From positions 3,328,001 to 3,392,000 of the forward strand of contig OZ241986.1 of NCBI GenBank assembly GCA_965204375.1: DNA of 64,000 bases. The letters run 5' to 3'. Below are positions 1-10,532 of the stretch, piece by piece; within the stretch, counting starts at the first letter, position 1, and each line of letters starts with the position of its first letter. The stretch is from Candidatus Latescibacterota bacterium (lineage in GTDB: Bacteria; Latescibacterota; UBA2968). Under the pieces are notes generated by a model. It did no database searches. It had not been told where the DNA came from and saw only the letters and a program-made list of their open reading frames with translations. The position numbers and the translations under genes are program-made.

Positions 1-171
1 CGGTGCATCCTGTTCAAAAACAACATCGCCCGTTGAATACTTCCGAATTTTTAAAAGCTCTACCACCGCCTCCATCTCTCGGCGGTTCAGTTCCCGAAAC
101 AGTGGAATGGCGCGCAATTTGGGAAATAATGGCTTTTCGCGCTCCAACCAGCGCTGTAGAAATCGATTCAT
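1..171 (-). CDS. Cyclic nucleotide-binding (Crp/Fnr-type cNMP) domain protein, N-terminal part, runs off window edge
   Basis: Own translation from ATG at 171: MNRFLQRWLEREKPLFPKLRAIPLFRELNRREMEAVVELLKIRKYSTGDVVFEQDAP, matching the cNMP-domain start (L..IPLF..L...E......Y..G..VF.Q). Confidence 0.75.
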   Translation of the reverse strand, partial: MNRFLQRWLEREKPLFPKLRAIPLFRELNRREMEAVVELLKIRKYSTGDVVFEQDAP

Positions 172-179
172 CACAAATC

Positions 180-965
180 CTATATCTCCGCGCGATAAGG
201 CATCACAGGCTCTGCTGCCCTTAAGCGTTCAAAAAAATCCAGCGCCTTTGGACGATAGCGCGATTCGATGTGTTGATCAAAAAACGCGCGCAATATTCGC
301 GTCACCTCTGCGCGGTTTACACCCCGCAAGAGGGAAAGATCAATGCGGTCGGGACGTCCCACTTGTAGATGCGCCATAAAATTTATCGTCTCGAACTGCA
401 CGCGCATGCCCGCCCCTGCATGGTTGTCACAAAGAGTGCCGCCCAGGCCGGGGCTGAACCCCAGACGGTGTCCCTGGAGACGAGCACCACATTGAACACA
501 CCCACTCATATGGGGGCGATACCCCACCGCACTCGCAGCGCGAATTTGGAAATACCACACCGGTACATCCAGGGCTATTTCAGCAATGCTCCCCACCCAT
601 TGCATCGCTTCAAGTGCAATACTAAACAAAAGTGGATTGCGGTCTTCATCCTCTGTAATATAATCCAGAAATTCGCATATCGCACTTCCGGCTGCCATCC
701 GACCATAGTGTTGTTTTACCGGTTCAAAAGCGTGTGCAATATCGCCTTCGCTCAATATTTGCAACTCTCGATTATCCTGTCGATAAAAAACATAATGCCC
801 CCACGTCATCGGTTCAAGACTCGCGCCAAATTTGCTTTTGGGTCGTCGCGCTCCTTTGGCTACCAGACGCAACTTGCCGTAATCGCGAGAAAACAGCACC
901 ACAACCTTGCTGCTTTCACTCATGCGAAAACCGCGCAACACCAATCCATCGGTATGGCAAATCAC
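180..965 (-). CDS. recO: DNA repair protein RecO
   Basis: N-terminal OB fold (GLVLR..SESSKVVVLFSRDYGKLRLVAKGARRPKSKF) and CxxC zinc site (CVQCG...LC). Confidence 0.93.
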   Translation of the reverse strand: MICHTDGLVLRGFRMSESSKVVVLFSRDYGKLRLVAKGARRPKSKFGASLEPMTWGHYVFYRQDNRELQILSEGDIAHAFEPVKQHYGRMAAGSAICEFLDYITEDEDRNPLLFSIALEAMQWVGSIAEIALDVPVWYFQIRAASAVGYRPHMSGCVQCGARLQGHRLGFSPGLGGTLCDNHAGAGMRVQFETINFMAHLQVGRPDRIDLSLLRGVNRAEVTRILRAFFDQHIESRYRPKALDFFERLRAAEPVMPYRAEI

Positions 966-1330
966 GGCGACTCCAATGTTGATGGTGGATTGGGATAGAC
1001 CATATAAATCGATTCATTGGGATACACCATGCCATAGCGCTCTCGGGCAATGCGTTCAATTTCACCCAAATTGTTTTCCAGCAATTTCGCCTCGCGTTCC
1101 AGCATCGCATTCTGCTGGCGAATAGTTGCAATTTCCCGTTTCAATACGGCAATTTGCTGCTTGCGCATTATGAGTTGATAAATCCCACTATCTCCCACAA
1201 AAAACAAATAAAGGGAAAGCACCACGGGTGCAAATATCAAAAATCTATTCAGGCGTCGCCTTGCACTTCCCGGTAACATCGAACTGTTTTCCGGCAACAC
1301 CGTACTTTGTCCTCGATAAAATGAGCGCAT
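962..1330 (-). CDS. ftsB: Septum formation initiator family protein (FtsB/DivIC)
   Basis: TM helix, G.SG motif, coiled coil, then IERIARERYGMVYPNE. Confidence 0.8.
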   Translation of the reverse strand: MRSFYRGQSTVLPENSSMLPGSARRRLNRFLIFAPVVLSLYLFFVGDSGIYQLIMRKQQIAVLKREIATIRQQNAMLEREAKLLENNLGEIERIARERYGMVYPNESIYMVYPNPPSTLESP

Positions 1331-1346
1331 AACACAATCTCCAAAG

Positions 1347-2525
1347 TCAGTTGTTAGCCCTATCCCCCAGCCCCCGATTTAACACCACCATATCATCCCG
1401 ATGGATAACCACCGCGCCATTGTTGATCCCGAGAATTTCTGCAACTTCTGGCGTTTTTTTTCCGCGAATACGCCGCACATCATCGGCGTCAAATCTCGTT
1501 AACCCGCGCGCGACCTCGACGCGTTGTTTTGATTCAACGCCAATGAGTTCACCAACTTCAAAATCGCCAATAACGCGGATAATACCCGAAGGCAACAAAC
1601 TTTTGCCGCCATCGCTCAAAGCAATCACTGCGCCATCATCTACGACCACACCCCCTCGCCTTCGGGAATGCGCCAACCACAAATCTCTGCTGTTCAAACT
1701 GCGATTATCCGCCACAAATAACGTGCCGCAATCTGCCCCATCCAAAATTTCGAGCAAACCGTTTATACATCCATTTGCAATTACTGCCATCTGCCCACCT
1801 TGCATCACGGCCTCGGCAGCCCTGAGTTTTGTGCGCATTCCCCCGCGTCCCAGCGCACTCCCCGAAGACCCCACAGTTGCGTAGAGTTCTTCGGGCATCC
1901 CGTGCACAGACCGAACCAATTGCGCGTTTGGGTCTTTTGAGGGATCACTTGAAAACAACCCATCCACATCGGTCAACAACACCAGCATGTCCGCATCCAC
2001 CAGATGCGACACCATCGCGGACAGGCGATCATTTTCGCCCACAGACAATTGCAATTCTTCCACCGCCACGCTGTCGTTCTCATTGACAACAGGCACAACA
2101 CCATATCGAAACAATTGATCTAATGTATTGCGCGCATTCACATATCGCGTGCGATTATCCAGATCATCTGATGTCAACAGCACCTGCCCTACCAGAATAC
2201 CGTGTGCTTCAAATGCCCTTTTGTAAGCATCCATCACCAATCCCTGCCCCACCGCAGCCGTAGCTTGCAAATCGGCCAAACGCCTCGGCCGATCCGCCAA
2301 CTCCAATTGCCCCATGCCGGCACCAACGGCTCCGGATGTCACAATTGCCACCTGTAAACCGCGATCTCTCAAATATGCCACATCGGCGGCCAGGCGGTCA
2401 ATCACCGCGAGATTCAGTGTGTTGCCATGTGCCGTCACCACCCGCGTACCCAATTTTACCACTACCCGCCGCACATCGGCAAACAAAGCACTGCGATCAA
2501 TTTCGTGTTCTTTTGTCCCACTCAT
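1347..2525 (-). CDS. proB: Glutamate 5-kinase with PUA domain
   Basis: VVKLGT, VTSGAV, PVVNENDSV, LTDVDGL, GRGGMRTKL, GKSLLPSGI, VIHRDDMV. Confidence 0.96.
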   Translation of the reverse strand: MSGTKEHEIDRSALFADVRRVVVKLGTRVVTAHGNTLNLAVIDRLAADVAYLRDRGLQVAIVTSGAVGAGMGQLELADRPRRLADLQATAAVGQGLVMDAYKRAFEAHGILVGQVLLTSDDLDNRTRYVNARNTLDQLFRYGVVPVVNENDSVAVEELQLSVGENDRLSAMVSHLVDADMLVLLTDVDGLFSSDPSKDPNAQLVRSVHGMPEELYATVGSSGSALGRGGMRTKLRAAEAVMQGGQMAVIANGCINGLLEILDGADCGTLFVADNRSLNSRDLWLAHSRRRGGVVVDDGAVIALSDGGKSLLPSGIIRVIGDFEVGELIGVESKQRVEVARGLTRFDADDVRRIRGKKTPEVAEILGINNGAVVIHRDDMVVLNRGLGDRANN

Positions 2526-3319
2526 GTCAAATCAATTTCGATTTTGAGGCGCACTGGTACCCCGCGTTCTGCGAGATAGGTTTTGACTTCCCCAATACTG
2601 TATTGATTGTAGTGAAAAATCGACGCAGCCAGTGCCGCGCTTGCCTTGCCTTCGGACAACACCGCATACATATCCTCTGGCCCACCAGCGCCACCAGACG
2701 CTACAATCGGTACATCCACACGCTCGGCAACTCTGCGGTTCAATTCAATATCGTATCCATCTTTTGTACCATCTGCATCAATACTGTTCAAAACCAGTTC
2801 ACCCGCACCGAGATCTACCAATTCCTCAGCCCATTCGAGGGCATCTCGTCCAGTATATATGCGTCCGCCATTGATAACCACTTCCCAGCGCACATCCTCT
2901 GTTTGATCGGAATTCGGTCGTCGAATTGCGTCGATTGACCCCACAATTGCCTGCGATCCAAAACTCTCAGCCCCCTGCGTAATAATTTCAGGCGTGTGTA
3001 TGGCAGCCGAATTGATTGACGCTTTTTCCGCGCCCCCTTCGATAATAGTGTGAATGTCCTGATACGTGCGCACACCCCCGCCAACCGTAAAGGGAATAAA
3101 CACCTCTTCGGACACGCGCCGCACGAGTTTACCGACAATATCGCGCTTCTCCGCCGATGCCGTAATATCGTAAAACACCAGTTCATCGGCACCTTCTGCA
3201 TCATAGCGTTTCGCGAGTTCAATGGGGTCGCCAGCGTCTTTATCGGCTGAAAACTTAACCCCGCGCACATTGCGACCGTTTTTCACATCCAAACACGGAA
3301 TAATTCGCCTGGCCAGCAT
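2522..3319 (-). CDS. hisF: Imidazole glycerol phosphate synthase cyclase subunit
   Basis: [47 protein letters not shown]. Confidence 0.97.
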   Translation of the reverse strand: MLARRIIPCLDVKNGRNVRGVKFSADKDAGDPIELAKRYDAEGADELVFYDITASAEKRDIVGKLVRRVSEEVFIPFTVGGGVRTYQDIHTIIEGGAEKASINSAAIHTPEIITQGAESFGSQAIVGSIDAIRRPNSDQTEDVRWEVVINGGRIYTGRDALEWAEELVDLGAGELVLNSIDADGTKDGYDIELNRRVAERVDVPIVASGGAGGPEDMYAVLSEGKASAALAASIFHYNQYSIGEVKTYLAERGVPVRLKIEIDLT

Positions 3320-3320
3320 C

Positions 3321-3923
3321 CTACACCTTCTCCGCAAAATTCTTCAAAATTTTCAAGCCTGCATCCTGACTTTTCTCGGGATGAAACTGCACGCCAAAAG
3401 CCCGATCATTTCCGGCAATTGACGCATAATCAATCCCGTAATCCGTTACCCCGACCACATCTTCATCGCGCTCAGACGCCACAAAAAAAGAATGGACAAA
3501 ATAAAAATAAGACCTGTCGGGTACGCCATCTAAAAGTGCTGTCTCGCGCTGAATTCGCACCTCATTCCACCCAATTTGCGGAACGCGCTGGCCTTCGGGA
3601 AAACGCTTCACTTTTCCCGGCAAAATGTCCAATCCCCTGTGCTGCCCCATTTCTTCACTCTCGGCAAACATCAATTGCAATCCCAAACAAATACCCAAAA
3701 AAGGTCGGCCTTCTGAAATAGCTCTTACAATGGGCGCAATCAATCCCGCTGTTTTCAGATTGTTCATCGCATCGCCAAATGCCCCCACGCCGGGAAGCAC
3801 AACGCGCTCTGCCGCGTCGATATCCTCGGCTCTATCGACAATAACAGCCTTTGCTCCAACGTGTTCAAACGCCTTTTGAACACTTCGCAAATTCCCCATC
3901 CCGTAATCGACAACCGCAATCAT
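3321..3923 (-). CDS. hisH: Imidazole glycerol phosphate synthase glutamine amidotransferase subunit
   Basis: IAVVDYGMGNLRSV, LPGVGAF, LGICLGLQ, YFVHS, QFHPEKS. Confidence 0.97.
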   Translation of the reverse strand: MIAVVDYGMGNLRSVQKAFEHVGAKAVIVDRAEDIDAAERVVLPGVGAFGDAMNNLKTAGLIAPIVRAISEGRPFLGICLGLQLMFAESEEMGQHRGLDILPGKVKRFPEGQRVPQIGWNEVRIQRETALLDGVPDRSYFYFVHSFFVASERDEDVVGVTDYGIDYASIAGNDRAFGVQFHPEKSQDAGLKILKNFAEKV

Positions 3924-3924
3924 C

Positions 3925-4731
3925 TCATTCTCCCAACACACTCGACCGCTCCGTCGCAGCCAAAACAGCATCCATCAAAGCAGCGCGCAAACCGCCCTGC
4001 TCCAGCGCGTGCAAACCCGCAATAGTCGTTCCGCCCGCCGACGTCACCTGATCTTTCAAAATTGCCGGATGTTCGCCGCTCTCGGCAACCATACGCGCAG
4101 CCCCCAGCACAGTCTGAATCGCCAGTGTCAACGCCATATCTTTTGACAAACCAGACCGCACTCCGCCATCTGCCAGCGCGTCAATTACCGCGTACACATA
4201 TGCAGGCCCACTGCCTGCAAGTCCAGTCACCGCATCCATCTGTGATTCTGAAACAACGACTGCCGCGCCAACCGCATTGAACAGAGATAGCGCCAAGCTC
4301 AGGTGATCCTCACCCGCCTGTGTTCCTGCACACACGCCCGAACCCGCAGCACCGACCAGTGCCAGCACATTGGGCATCACGCGAATGACGGGCAGCGAAC
4401 CCAATTCCGCTTCCAACGCCGCAATGCGCACACCCGCCATGAAGGAAATAATCACCTGATCACTGCGCAACAAATCCCGAAAGCCCACAACGGTTTGCTT
4501 CCAGAACTGGGGCTTCACACCCAACACCACAATATCCTGATGCCCCACCACTTCGCGTGCATCTCCTGCAACCTGGACACCCAATTCGCGCCTTCTCTGA
4601 TCCAACACCTCAGCAACCAGATCCACCGCCGTGATATTTTCAGGCGCGATCTCTCCCGACCGAATCCAACCGGCCATCAGCGCGCCCCCCATATTGCCTG
4701 CACCAATAACAGCAATTTTTTTATTTTTCAT
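3925..4731 (-). CDS. proC: Pyrroline-5-carboxylate reductase
   Basis: IGAGNMG, VKPQ, RVMPN, GSGPAY, VTSAGGTT. Confidence 0.96.
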   Translation of the reverse strand: MKNKKIAVIGAGNMGGALMAGWIRSGEIAPENITAVDLVAEVLDQRRRELGVQVAGDAREVVGHQDIVVLGVKPQFWKQTVVGFRDLLRSDQVIISFMAGVRIAALEAELGSLPVIRVMPNVLALVGAAGSGVCAGTQAGEDHLSLALSLFNAVGAAVVVSESQMDAVTGLAGSGPAYVYAVIDALADGGVRSGLSKDMALTLAIQTVLGAARMVAESGEHPAILKDQVTSAGGTTIAGLHALEQGGLRAALMDAVLAATERSSVLGE

Positions 4732-4757
4732 AGCAATCAGCAGTTAAAGGACCTTAT

Positions 4758-5678
4758 TTAAACATACGTCAACCAGTTGTGCTTATCTTCCGCACGACCT
4801 TCCACAACGGCAAAAAATGCGTCCTGCAACTTCTTTGTGATCTCGCCTCGAGAACCACAACCGATATTGATATGGTCAATAGTCGTAATAGGCGTGATCT
4901 CTGCCGCACTACCCGTAAAAAACACCTCATCGGCAATATACAGAGACTCTCTTGGAATCGGTCGCGCCGTCACCGTATGTCCCAACTCCCGGGCAAGTGT
5001 AATAACCGAATGTCGCGTAATACCGGGCAAAATAGACGACCCGGTAGAAGGCGTGTAAATCTGCCCATTCTTCGCCATAAAAATATTCTCGCCGCTGCCC
5101 TCGCTCACATAACCCTGGGTATCCAGGGCAATGCCCTCGGCATATCCATCGGCCATCGCCTCCATCTTGATCAGTTGTGCGTTCATATAATTTGCCGCCA
5201 CCTTAGCAAGCGAAGGCATGGTATTGGGCGCCAGGCGATTCCACGACGCAAACCGAACCGACACGCCTTTTTCCAGAGCTTCTGGACCCAGGTATTTACC
5301 CCATTCCCACACCGCGATCACCACCTCGACCGGACAGGGCATTGGATTGACGGCCAATTCGCCAAAACCTCGAAAAACCACGGGCCTGACATAACACGCC
5401 TGCAAGTTATTAATGCGAATCGTCTCCAAAATAGCCGCTTCCAGTTCATCTTGCGTATAGGGAATTTCCATGCGATAAATTTTGGCCGAATCGTAAAGCC
5501 TTTTCACATGATCTCGCAGCCTGAAACAGGCCGGTCCCCTTGCGGTATGATAACACCGTATCCCTTCAAAAACACTCGAACCGTAATGCACCACATGGGA
5601 CAGCACGTGAATTTTGGCATCGTCCCAACCCACAAAATTCCCATTAAACCAGATTTTGTCTGACTTTGGAATGGGCAT
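4758..5678 (-). CDS. ilvE: Branched-chain amino acid aminotransferase
   Basis: [47 protein letters not shown]. Confidence 0.95.
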   Translation of the reverse strand: MPIPKSDKIWFNGNFVGWDDAKIHVLSHVVHYGSSVFEGIRCYHTARGPACFRLRDHVKRLYDSAKIYRMEIPYTQDELEAAILETIRINNLQACYVRPVVFRGFGELAVNPMPCPVEVVIAVWEWGKYLGPEALEKGVSVRFASWNRLAPNTMPSLAKVAANYMNAQLIKMEAMADGYAEGIALDTQGYVSEGSGENIFMAKNGQIYTPSTGSSILPGITRHSVITLARELGHTVTARPIPRESLYIADEVFFTGSAAEITPITTIDHINIGCGSRGEITKKLQDAFFAVVEGRAEDKHNWLTYV

Positions 5679-5699
5679 AAGAAATCCCTTTCTAAAAAA

Positions 5700-6476
5700 C
5701 TATCGCACAGCCAACGCGCGGCAAATCCGTTCAAATCCATCTATCGATATGGTTTCGGGACGCGCTCGGCCATCGATATTCGCTTCCATCAAAATCTCAT
5801 CATCTACCACACCAGATAGCGCATTGCGCACCATTTTTCTCCGCTGCTGAAATGCGGCGCGCACCACGCCAAACAAACGCCTTTCATCTGCAATATCATA
5901 AGCAGAATTTGCTTCAAAATCCAGCATCAACACAGAAGAATGCACTTTGGGCCGCGGATAAAAATGCGCTGGAGGCAGGTCAAACAACCGTTTTGCAACA
6001 CATCGCACCTGTGTAACTATCGACAACACGCCATATATTTTGCTGCCCGGCGGCGCGATCATGCGTTGTCCCACCTCGCGCTGCACCGTAATCACAGCGC
6101 GTTTCCAAACCCTTCGAGCATCCGTAATTTGCCTGATGAGCGCGCCCGTAATATGATAGGGCAAATTGCCCACCAGAATCGCTTTTTCTCGTTTTTCATT
6201 TTCAACAAGCGCGGGCAAATTGACCTGACGCACATCATCTGATACAATTTTTAACCGCAAACCAAACCGATCGGAAAGCAGATCACACAACTCCCCATCA
6301 ATCTCAATAGCGACCACCTGCCCTGCTCGCTCAACCAAAAGGCCCGTCAACGCACCTCGTCCAGGACCAATTTCTACGACCATGTCCTCTTTCTCAACCT
6401 GTGCAGCCTCTACGATTCGCCCGATAGATGCGCCATCTATGAGAAAATGCTGGCCCAGCCGCGTCTTTGTTTTCAC
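5700..6476 (-). CDS. rsmA: 16S rRNA (adenine-N6,N6)-dimethyltransferase
   Basis: LGQHFL, VVEIGPGRGALT, VGNLPYHIT, F.PRPKVHS, FQQRRKM; GTG start overlaps the tatD stop. Confidence 0.95.
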   Translation of the reverse strand: MKTKTRLGQHFLIDGASIGRIVEAAQVEKEDMVVEIGPGRGALTGLLVERAGQVVAIEIDGELCDLLSDRFGLRLKIVSDDVRQVNLPALVENEKREKAILVGNLPYHITGALIRQITDARRVWKRAVITVQREVGQRMIAPPGSKIYGVLSIVTQVRCVAKRLFDLPPAHFYPRPKVHSSVLMLDFEANSAYDIADERRLFGVVRAAFQQRRKMVRNALSGVVDDEILMEANIDGRARPETISIDGFERICRALAVR

Positions 6477-7240
6477 GATAGCAACCCAAACAAAGTCTGA
6501 GCATTTTGCGTCGTCTGCCGACACACATCTCCAATATCCCCGCATCCCGCATCGGCCAGACACTCGGCGACATAGCGCACATAAGCCGGCTCATTGCGCT
6601 TGCCGCGTTTTGGCGCCGGTGCCAGAAAAGGACAATCCGTTTCCAAAAGCAATCGCTCAGCGGGCACATCCAATGCGACCTTCAACGCACCCGAATTTTT
6701 GAAAGTAACAATACCGCCAAAACCCAGATAAAAATTGAGATCAACAGCGCGCTTGGCTCCTTCGACATCCCCGCCAAAACAGTGCATCACACCACCCACC
6801 TCCGATCCGCCTTCTTCCTCCAACACATCTAATACCCGCGTCTCAGCACCCCGGCTGTGAATAATCAGCGGCAGATCCATCTCTCTCGCCAGACGAATAT
6901 GTGCCCGAAACGCCCGTTCCTGAACCTCGCGCGGCGCATAATCGCGATAAAAATCCAGTCCTGTCTCGCCAACCGCAACAATTCTGTGATGCTTCAAGAG
7001 ATTGGGCAACTTTTTCAAAGCAGCCTCATCCGCCTTTGCAGAATCCGACGGATGAAACCCTGCCGAAGCAAACACATCAGCCTCTGCCTCAGCAAGAGCG
7101 ATAGCCGCACGGCTCGTCTCCAAATTTGTCCCCACATTCACAATCTGCCCCACCCCCGAGGCACGCGCCCGGGCGAGCAGATCATCCAGATCCTTTCTAA
7201 ACTGTGGAAACATCAAATGTGCGTGCGAATCGACAAGCAT
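6473..7240 (-). CDS. tatD: TatD family metallo-nuclease
   Basis: LVDSHAHL, GFHP, AVGETGLD, IIHSR, MHCF, LLETDCPFLAP, NEPAY. Confidence 0.94.
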   Translation of the reverse strand: MLVDSHAHLMFPQFRKDLDDLLARARASGVGQIVNVGTNLETSRAAIALAEAEADVFASAGFHPSDSAKADEAALKKLPNLLKHHRIVAVGETGLDFYRDYAPREVQERAFRAHIRLAREMDLPLIIHSRGAETRVLDVLEEEGGSEVGGVMHCFGGDVEGAKRAVDLNFYLGFGGIVTFKNSGALKVALDVPAERLLLETDCPFLAPAPKRGKRNEPAYVRYVAECLADAGCGDIGDVCRQTTQNAQTLFGLLS

Positions 7241-7275
7241 ATTGAAGTCCTGTAAACTGAAACAATGGCCTATAA

Positions 7276-7512
7276 TCAGGTTAAGGCGGCGTAATCATAC
7301 ACAGGTGTTTCAATAGTCCGAACGGGTTGACATCGTTCCCACACCACCTGTTGCAGACATTCGACGGTCTCTGGAGAAAAGAACCTTTCGCCCGTCTCAA
7401 CATTGACCCGAGCGGGAACATCTTCAATAATAACAAACCACCCATTGACTTCAATGCTATATGTAACGCACGTCTCAATCAATGTTTCACGTCCCGCTTC
7501 TTGATCAGACAT
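7276..7512 (-). CDS. YgiT-type (MqsA N-terminal-like) small protein
   Basis: VTYSIEVNGWFVIIEDVPARV...GERFFSPETV pattern typical of the YgiT-type family; canonical Cys pairs degenerate. Confidence 0.6.
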   Translation of the reverse strand: MSDQEAGRETLIETCVTYSIEVNGWFVIIEDVPARVNVETGERFFSPETVECLQQVVWERCQPVRTIETPVYDYAALT

Positions 7513-7581
7513 TGTGTTTCGCCTCAATCTTACAAGATGCCTCGCCGGTAATGACTCATCTGAAGTACTACGTAACTTCAT

Positions 7582-8556
7582 TTACTCATCTTCTGCTTTT
7601 TCAAAAAGCATTGGCTGGAACGCCTCAGAGGCTTCTGTATATTCCGTACCACATTCTGAATCCAGCCTTTGAAGCGCGCCTTGATGAAACGCCGGTACGA
7701 TTTCAAAGCCTATAAAATGCCTGTCAAGTCGCTTAGCGGCAACAGCCGTAGTACCGCTTCCCATGAACGGATCCAGCACCACCTGATCTTCTCTCGTTGT
7801 AAGTTTGATAAGGAACTCAATCAGCTTTAATGGTTTTTGCGCCTCGTGAATTTTTTGTTCGTCCTTTTGAAAACCAAACTCAAGGAGATTTGTTGGACTC
7901 GTCCCCTGAATCTGACACGCTTCTATATTCATTGCGCCCACGCCGTGATCAAGGACATTGTCGGCGATGGTTCCACCAATTTTGTAGGGTTTCACAAACC
8001 AGGCTATCGGCTCATATACAGGTGCCATATTCCCCAAACGCCAACCATACCATGCTTCGGCCTCAGCCTCTAATCCGCGCCGTTGAAAGACAATGCTCAC
8101 CCTCTGAGCGCGATGGTGTGCCGATTCTTTTTTCCAAGCGAGCATATCCTTGAGAAGAAAACCACTATCTTCAAAAGCATTGACGACACGGTGTATGGTA
8201 CGTCGTGCACCAAAAACAAAGACAGAAGCTCCATTTTTTAATTTCGGAAAAACCAATTCAGCCCAACTTTGACACCACCGCTGATACTCTATTCCGATGT
8301 TCCTATCAGCCTGCGACCAACCATTGATGGGCTTGCCTCGCCGCTTAAAGGCAGACTTCCCAACCTGCGCGGGCGACTGCCCCAGCAGTGCTGAGTTCGT
8401 GTTGCCGTGCAACACATCCCAATCATCCAAGTTAATGCCATAAGGAATATCCGAGAGGAAGAGTTCAATGCTATTATCCATCAGGTGTGGAATATGGTCC
8501 CGACAATCGCCCTGTGTAATTTTATCCAGATATTTTTCGTTCATGTTGGCCATCAC
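7582..8556 (-). CDS. Beta-class amino (N6-A/N4-C) DNA methyltransferase, M.HindIII-like
   Basis: Motif IV SDIPYG precedes HEAQKP and motif I VLDPFMGSGTT; overlaps the REase stop by 4 nt. Confidence 0.9.
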   Translation of the reverse strand: MMANMNEKYLDKITQGDCRDHIPHLMDNSIELFLSDIPYGINLDDWDVLHGNTNSALLGQSPAQVGKSAFKRRGKPINGWSQADRNIGIEYQRWCQSWAELVFPKLKNGASVFVFGARRTIHRVVNAFEDSGFLLKDMLAWKKESAHHRAQRVSIVFQRRGLEAEAEAWYGWRLGNMAPVYEPIAWFVKPYKIGGTIADNVLDHGVGAMNIEACQIQGTSPTNLLEFGFQKDEQKIHEAQKPLKLIEFLIKLTTREDQVVLDPFMGSGTTAVAAKRLDRHFIGFEIVPAFHQGALQRLDSECGTEYTEASEAFQPMLFEKAEDE

Positions 8557-9464
8557 TCCAGGTTAAGAATTCCGTTTCTGGTAACAGATCGAACCGTTTG
8601 AATCTTGCTATCAACTTTTCTCCACTTTAGCACCTCCCTTATCGCCTCAGTTCGAGATAGTCTCATAATTCGTTCTCTCTCCGCAGCGAGAAAAGTAAGT
8701 GCTTCTTCTCTTGAAATGAGAATAGACTCATTTGATGCGAGTTTCTCCTCTCTCCATATTTTACCAATTATGTCATCAAAATCCAATAATGTACGATTTA
8801 CTGCCTGCCAGTAGCTATTTGCACTTTTTGATGGGTTCATCGCTTCGACTGTTTTAAACACCTCATGAACCAGTTCCAAAGCTTTACTTCGTGTTGACTC
8901 GTACGCATAACGAGCAAGCACAGCTAAATGTGTATATGTGGCGATACAAACTGATCTCGCCGCGGCTTGTTGGTATATCTGACTTGTCCGGTATGGCAAC
9001 TGATATACCGGACAAACAACCATCGCATAGGGCTTCCCATGCTTCCAATTATCCATTGCCTCAACTTTAAAATCCTTCTGATTCTTCGCCGTGCGACTCA
9101 GTCGAAATGCTTTCGCATCAGCGACAAAACTATAATCATCAGTGACGCACTCCACGTCAGCCACATCCGCTCGCTCTGTAAGAACCACACTCGTAAATCC
9201 CATTGCAGTATATGCTTCGTGAATCACAGCATCAGTATATTTAGAGTAAAGTTTTTCTTCGCTGGTATCAGGTCCATAGCACTCCGGAATTGCGCCACAT
9301 AAACGCAGATGTCCAAGCAAAGACACAATCCCGTAATCCTGAATCTCCTGCCATAGCTCTTGCTCAATCCTCTCAGTATCAACGCCAAAATTACCACTCA
9401 GACGACTTAGATTGTCAATCCAGTCTTTTCGATTCTCTACTTGTTCTTCGGTAATAATTTCCAT
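8553..9464 (-). CDS. HindIII-family type II restriction endonuclease
   Basis: EEKLYSKYTD, ADVE...FVADAKAFRLSRTAKNQKDFKV, YQLP..SQIY recalled as RE_HindIII family motifs; adjacent MTase. Confidence 0.85.
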   Translation of the reverse strand: MEIITEEQVENRKDWIDNLSRLSGNFGVDTERIEQELWQEIQDYGIVSLLGHLRLCGAIPECYGPDTSEEKLYSKYTDAVIHEAYTAMGFTSVVLTERADVADVECVTDDYSFVADAKAFRLSRTAKNQKDFKVEAMDNWKHGKPYAMVVCPVYQLPYRTSQIYQQAAARSVCIATYTHLAVLARYAYESTRSKALELVHEVFKTVEAMNPSKSANSYWQAVNRTLLDFDDIIGKIWREEKLASNESILISREEALTFLAAERERIMRLSRTEAIREVLKWRKVDSKIQTVRSVTRNGILNLE

Positions 9465-9524
9465 ATTGGTATGATTTCTCGTTGCATTGTTTTTCCCCAA
9501 AGGCTGGCGAGATACAAGAGCCAG

Positions 9525-10289
9525 CTAATCGGCCTCCAACGGACGTTCATAGTGAAGTTTGAGACTAAGAAGATTAGCGGTTGATGCTACGGACTGTTCA
9601 TTTGTCAGAAACCATTCTCTACGCTTACTATGGTTTCCTCCGTGGCCAACTGTACGTAAATGGTTGTGAATCTCTTTCTCTATTTCCTTCAGATCATCAT
9701 CGTTTTCGGTTACCCATATTTGTAAAATCATTGGGGGTTCTGGCATTCCTGTCTTCTGTTGCATAACGCGCTTAAAAGCGTCTTTCTCAGACATCCCGAC
9801 TTTCAGATATGTCCGGGCATCAGTATCATCTGTCTCCTGCACAACTGGATGGCGGTAGTAGTGAGGATAGGTGTACACGTAGATCCCTGCGATGCCAGAT
9901 TCCACGACCTGGCTCGTTTCTCTTTCAACCTTCGCGTCCTCCTCTTCCAAGTCTTGACGATTACTTACCTGACGGTCACATTCTTCAATCCGCGTCTTAA
10001 GTATCTGTATGGTCTCTTCGGATAGATACTTTTGACCGCGTCTTATGAAGCCTCTTAGAGCATCTTTACATTCTTTAGCTGGCGTAGGACTCTCAGGCAG
10101 GACACCCTCTATGATGGCCTGTATGTGCCTCCGATTTTTATGAACAAACTGAAGAGTTTTAAGCCTCAATTCTTCTGCTATCTCGGCAGGGGATTTATCT
10201 TCGTTGGTAAGCTGCCAGACTTCACCGAGCCGCGTGGTATCGTTCTCAAGTGCCTCTCGAACTTCATTCAGATACTGCTCATTATCCAC
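9525..10289 (-). CDS. GIY-YIG-like (T5orf172/MUG113-type) domain protein with N-terminal helical region
   Basis: GIYVY...YLKVGMS...KRV..Q.TG.PE...EKEIHNHL...REWF. Confidence 0.7.
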   Translation of the reverse strand: MDNEQYLNEVREALENDTTRLGEVWQLTNEDKSPAEIAEELRLKTLQFVHKNRRHIQAIIEGVLPESPTPAKECKDALRGFIRRGQKYLSEETIQILKTRIEECDRQVSNRQDLEEEDAKVERETSQVVESGIAGIYVYTYPHYYRHPVVQETDDTDARTYLKVGMSEKDAFKRVMQQKTGMPEPPMILQIWVTENDDDLKEIEKEIHNHLRTVGHGGNHSKRREWFLTNEQSVASTANLLSLKLHYERPLEAD

Positions 10290-10325
10290 TGGATTTCTCC
10301 ACTTGCTCTTTGTGCAACAATCTGC

Positions 10326-10532
10326 TCATACAGCTACGACCAATGCTTCAAAGTGTTCATCGGGAACTGGTAGTCCATCTTCCTCAAGAGAGAGAACGTA
10401 TCCCTCAATGGCCTCTTTGATATTGGCGACAGCTTCCTGTTTAGTTTTTCCTTGACTGATACAACCTGGCAAGCTGGGGCATTCAGCGACCCAATAGCCA
10501 TCTTCACCCGGATAAATAATTACCTGTCTCAC
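10326..10532 (-). CDS. hicB: HicB family antitoxin (no hicA adjacent)
   Basis: EDGYWVAECPSLPGCISQGKTKQEAVANIKEAI. Confidence 0.85.
   Translation of the reverse strand: MRQVIIYPGEDGYWVAECPSLPGCISQGKTKQEAVANIKEAIEGYVLSLEEDGLPVPDEHFEALVVAV

Noticed and set aside
7582-9464. Avoidance of AAGCTT as support for HindIII specificity
   Set aside because: AAGCTT occurs several times (about 8879, 20900, 42420, 43445, 61893); depletion cannot be judged without a proper count
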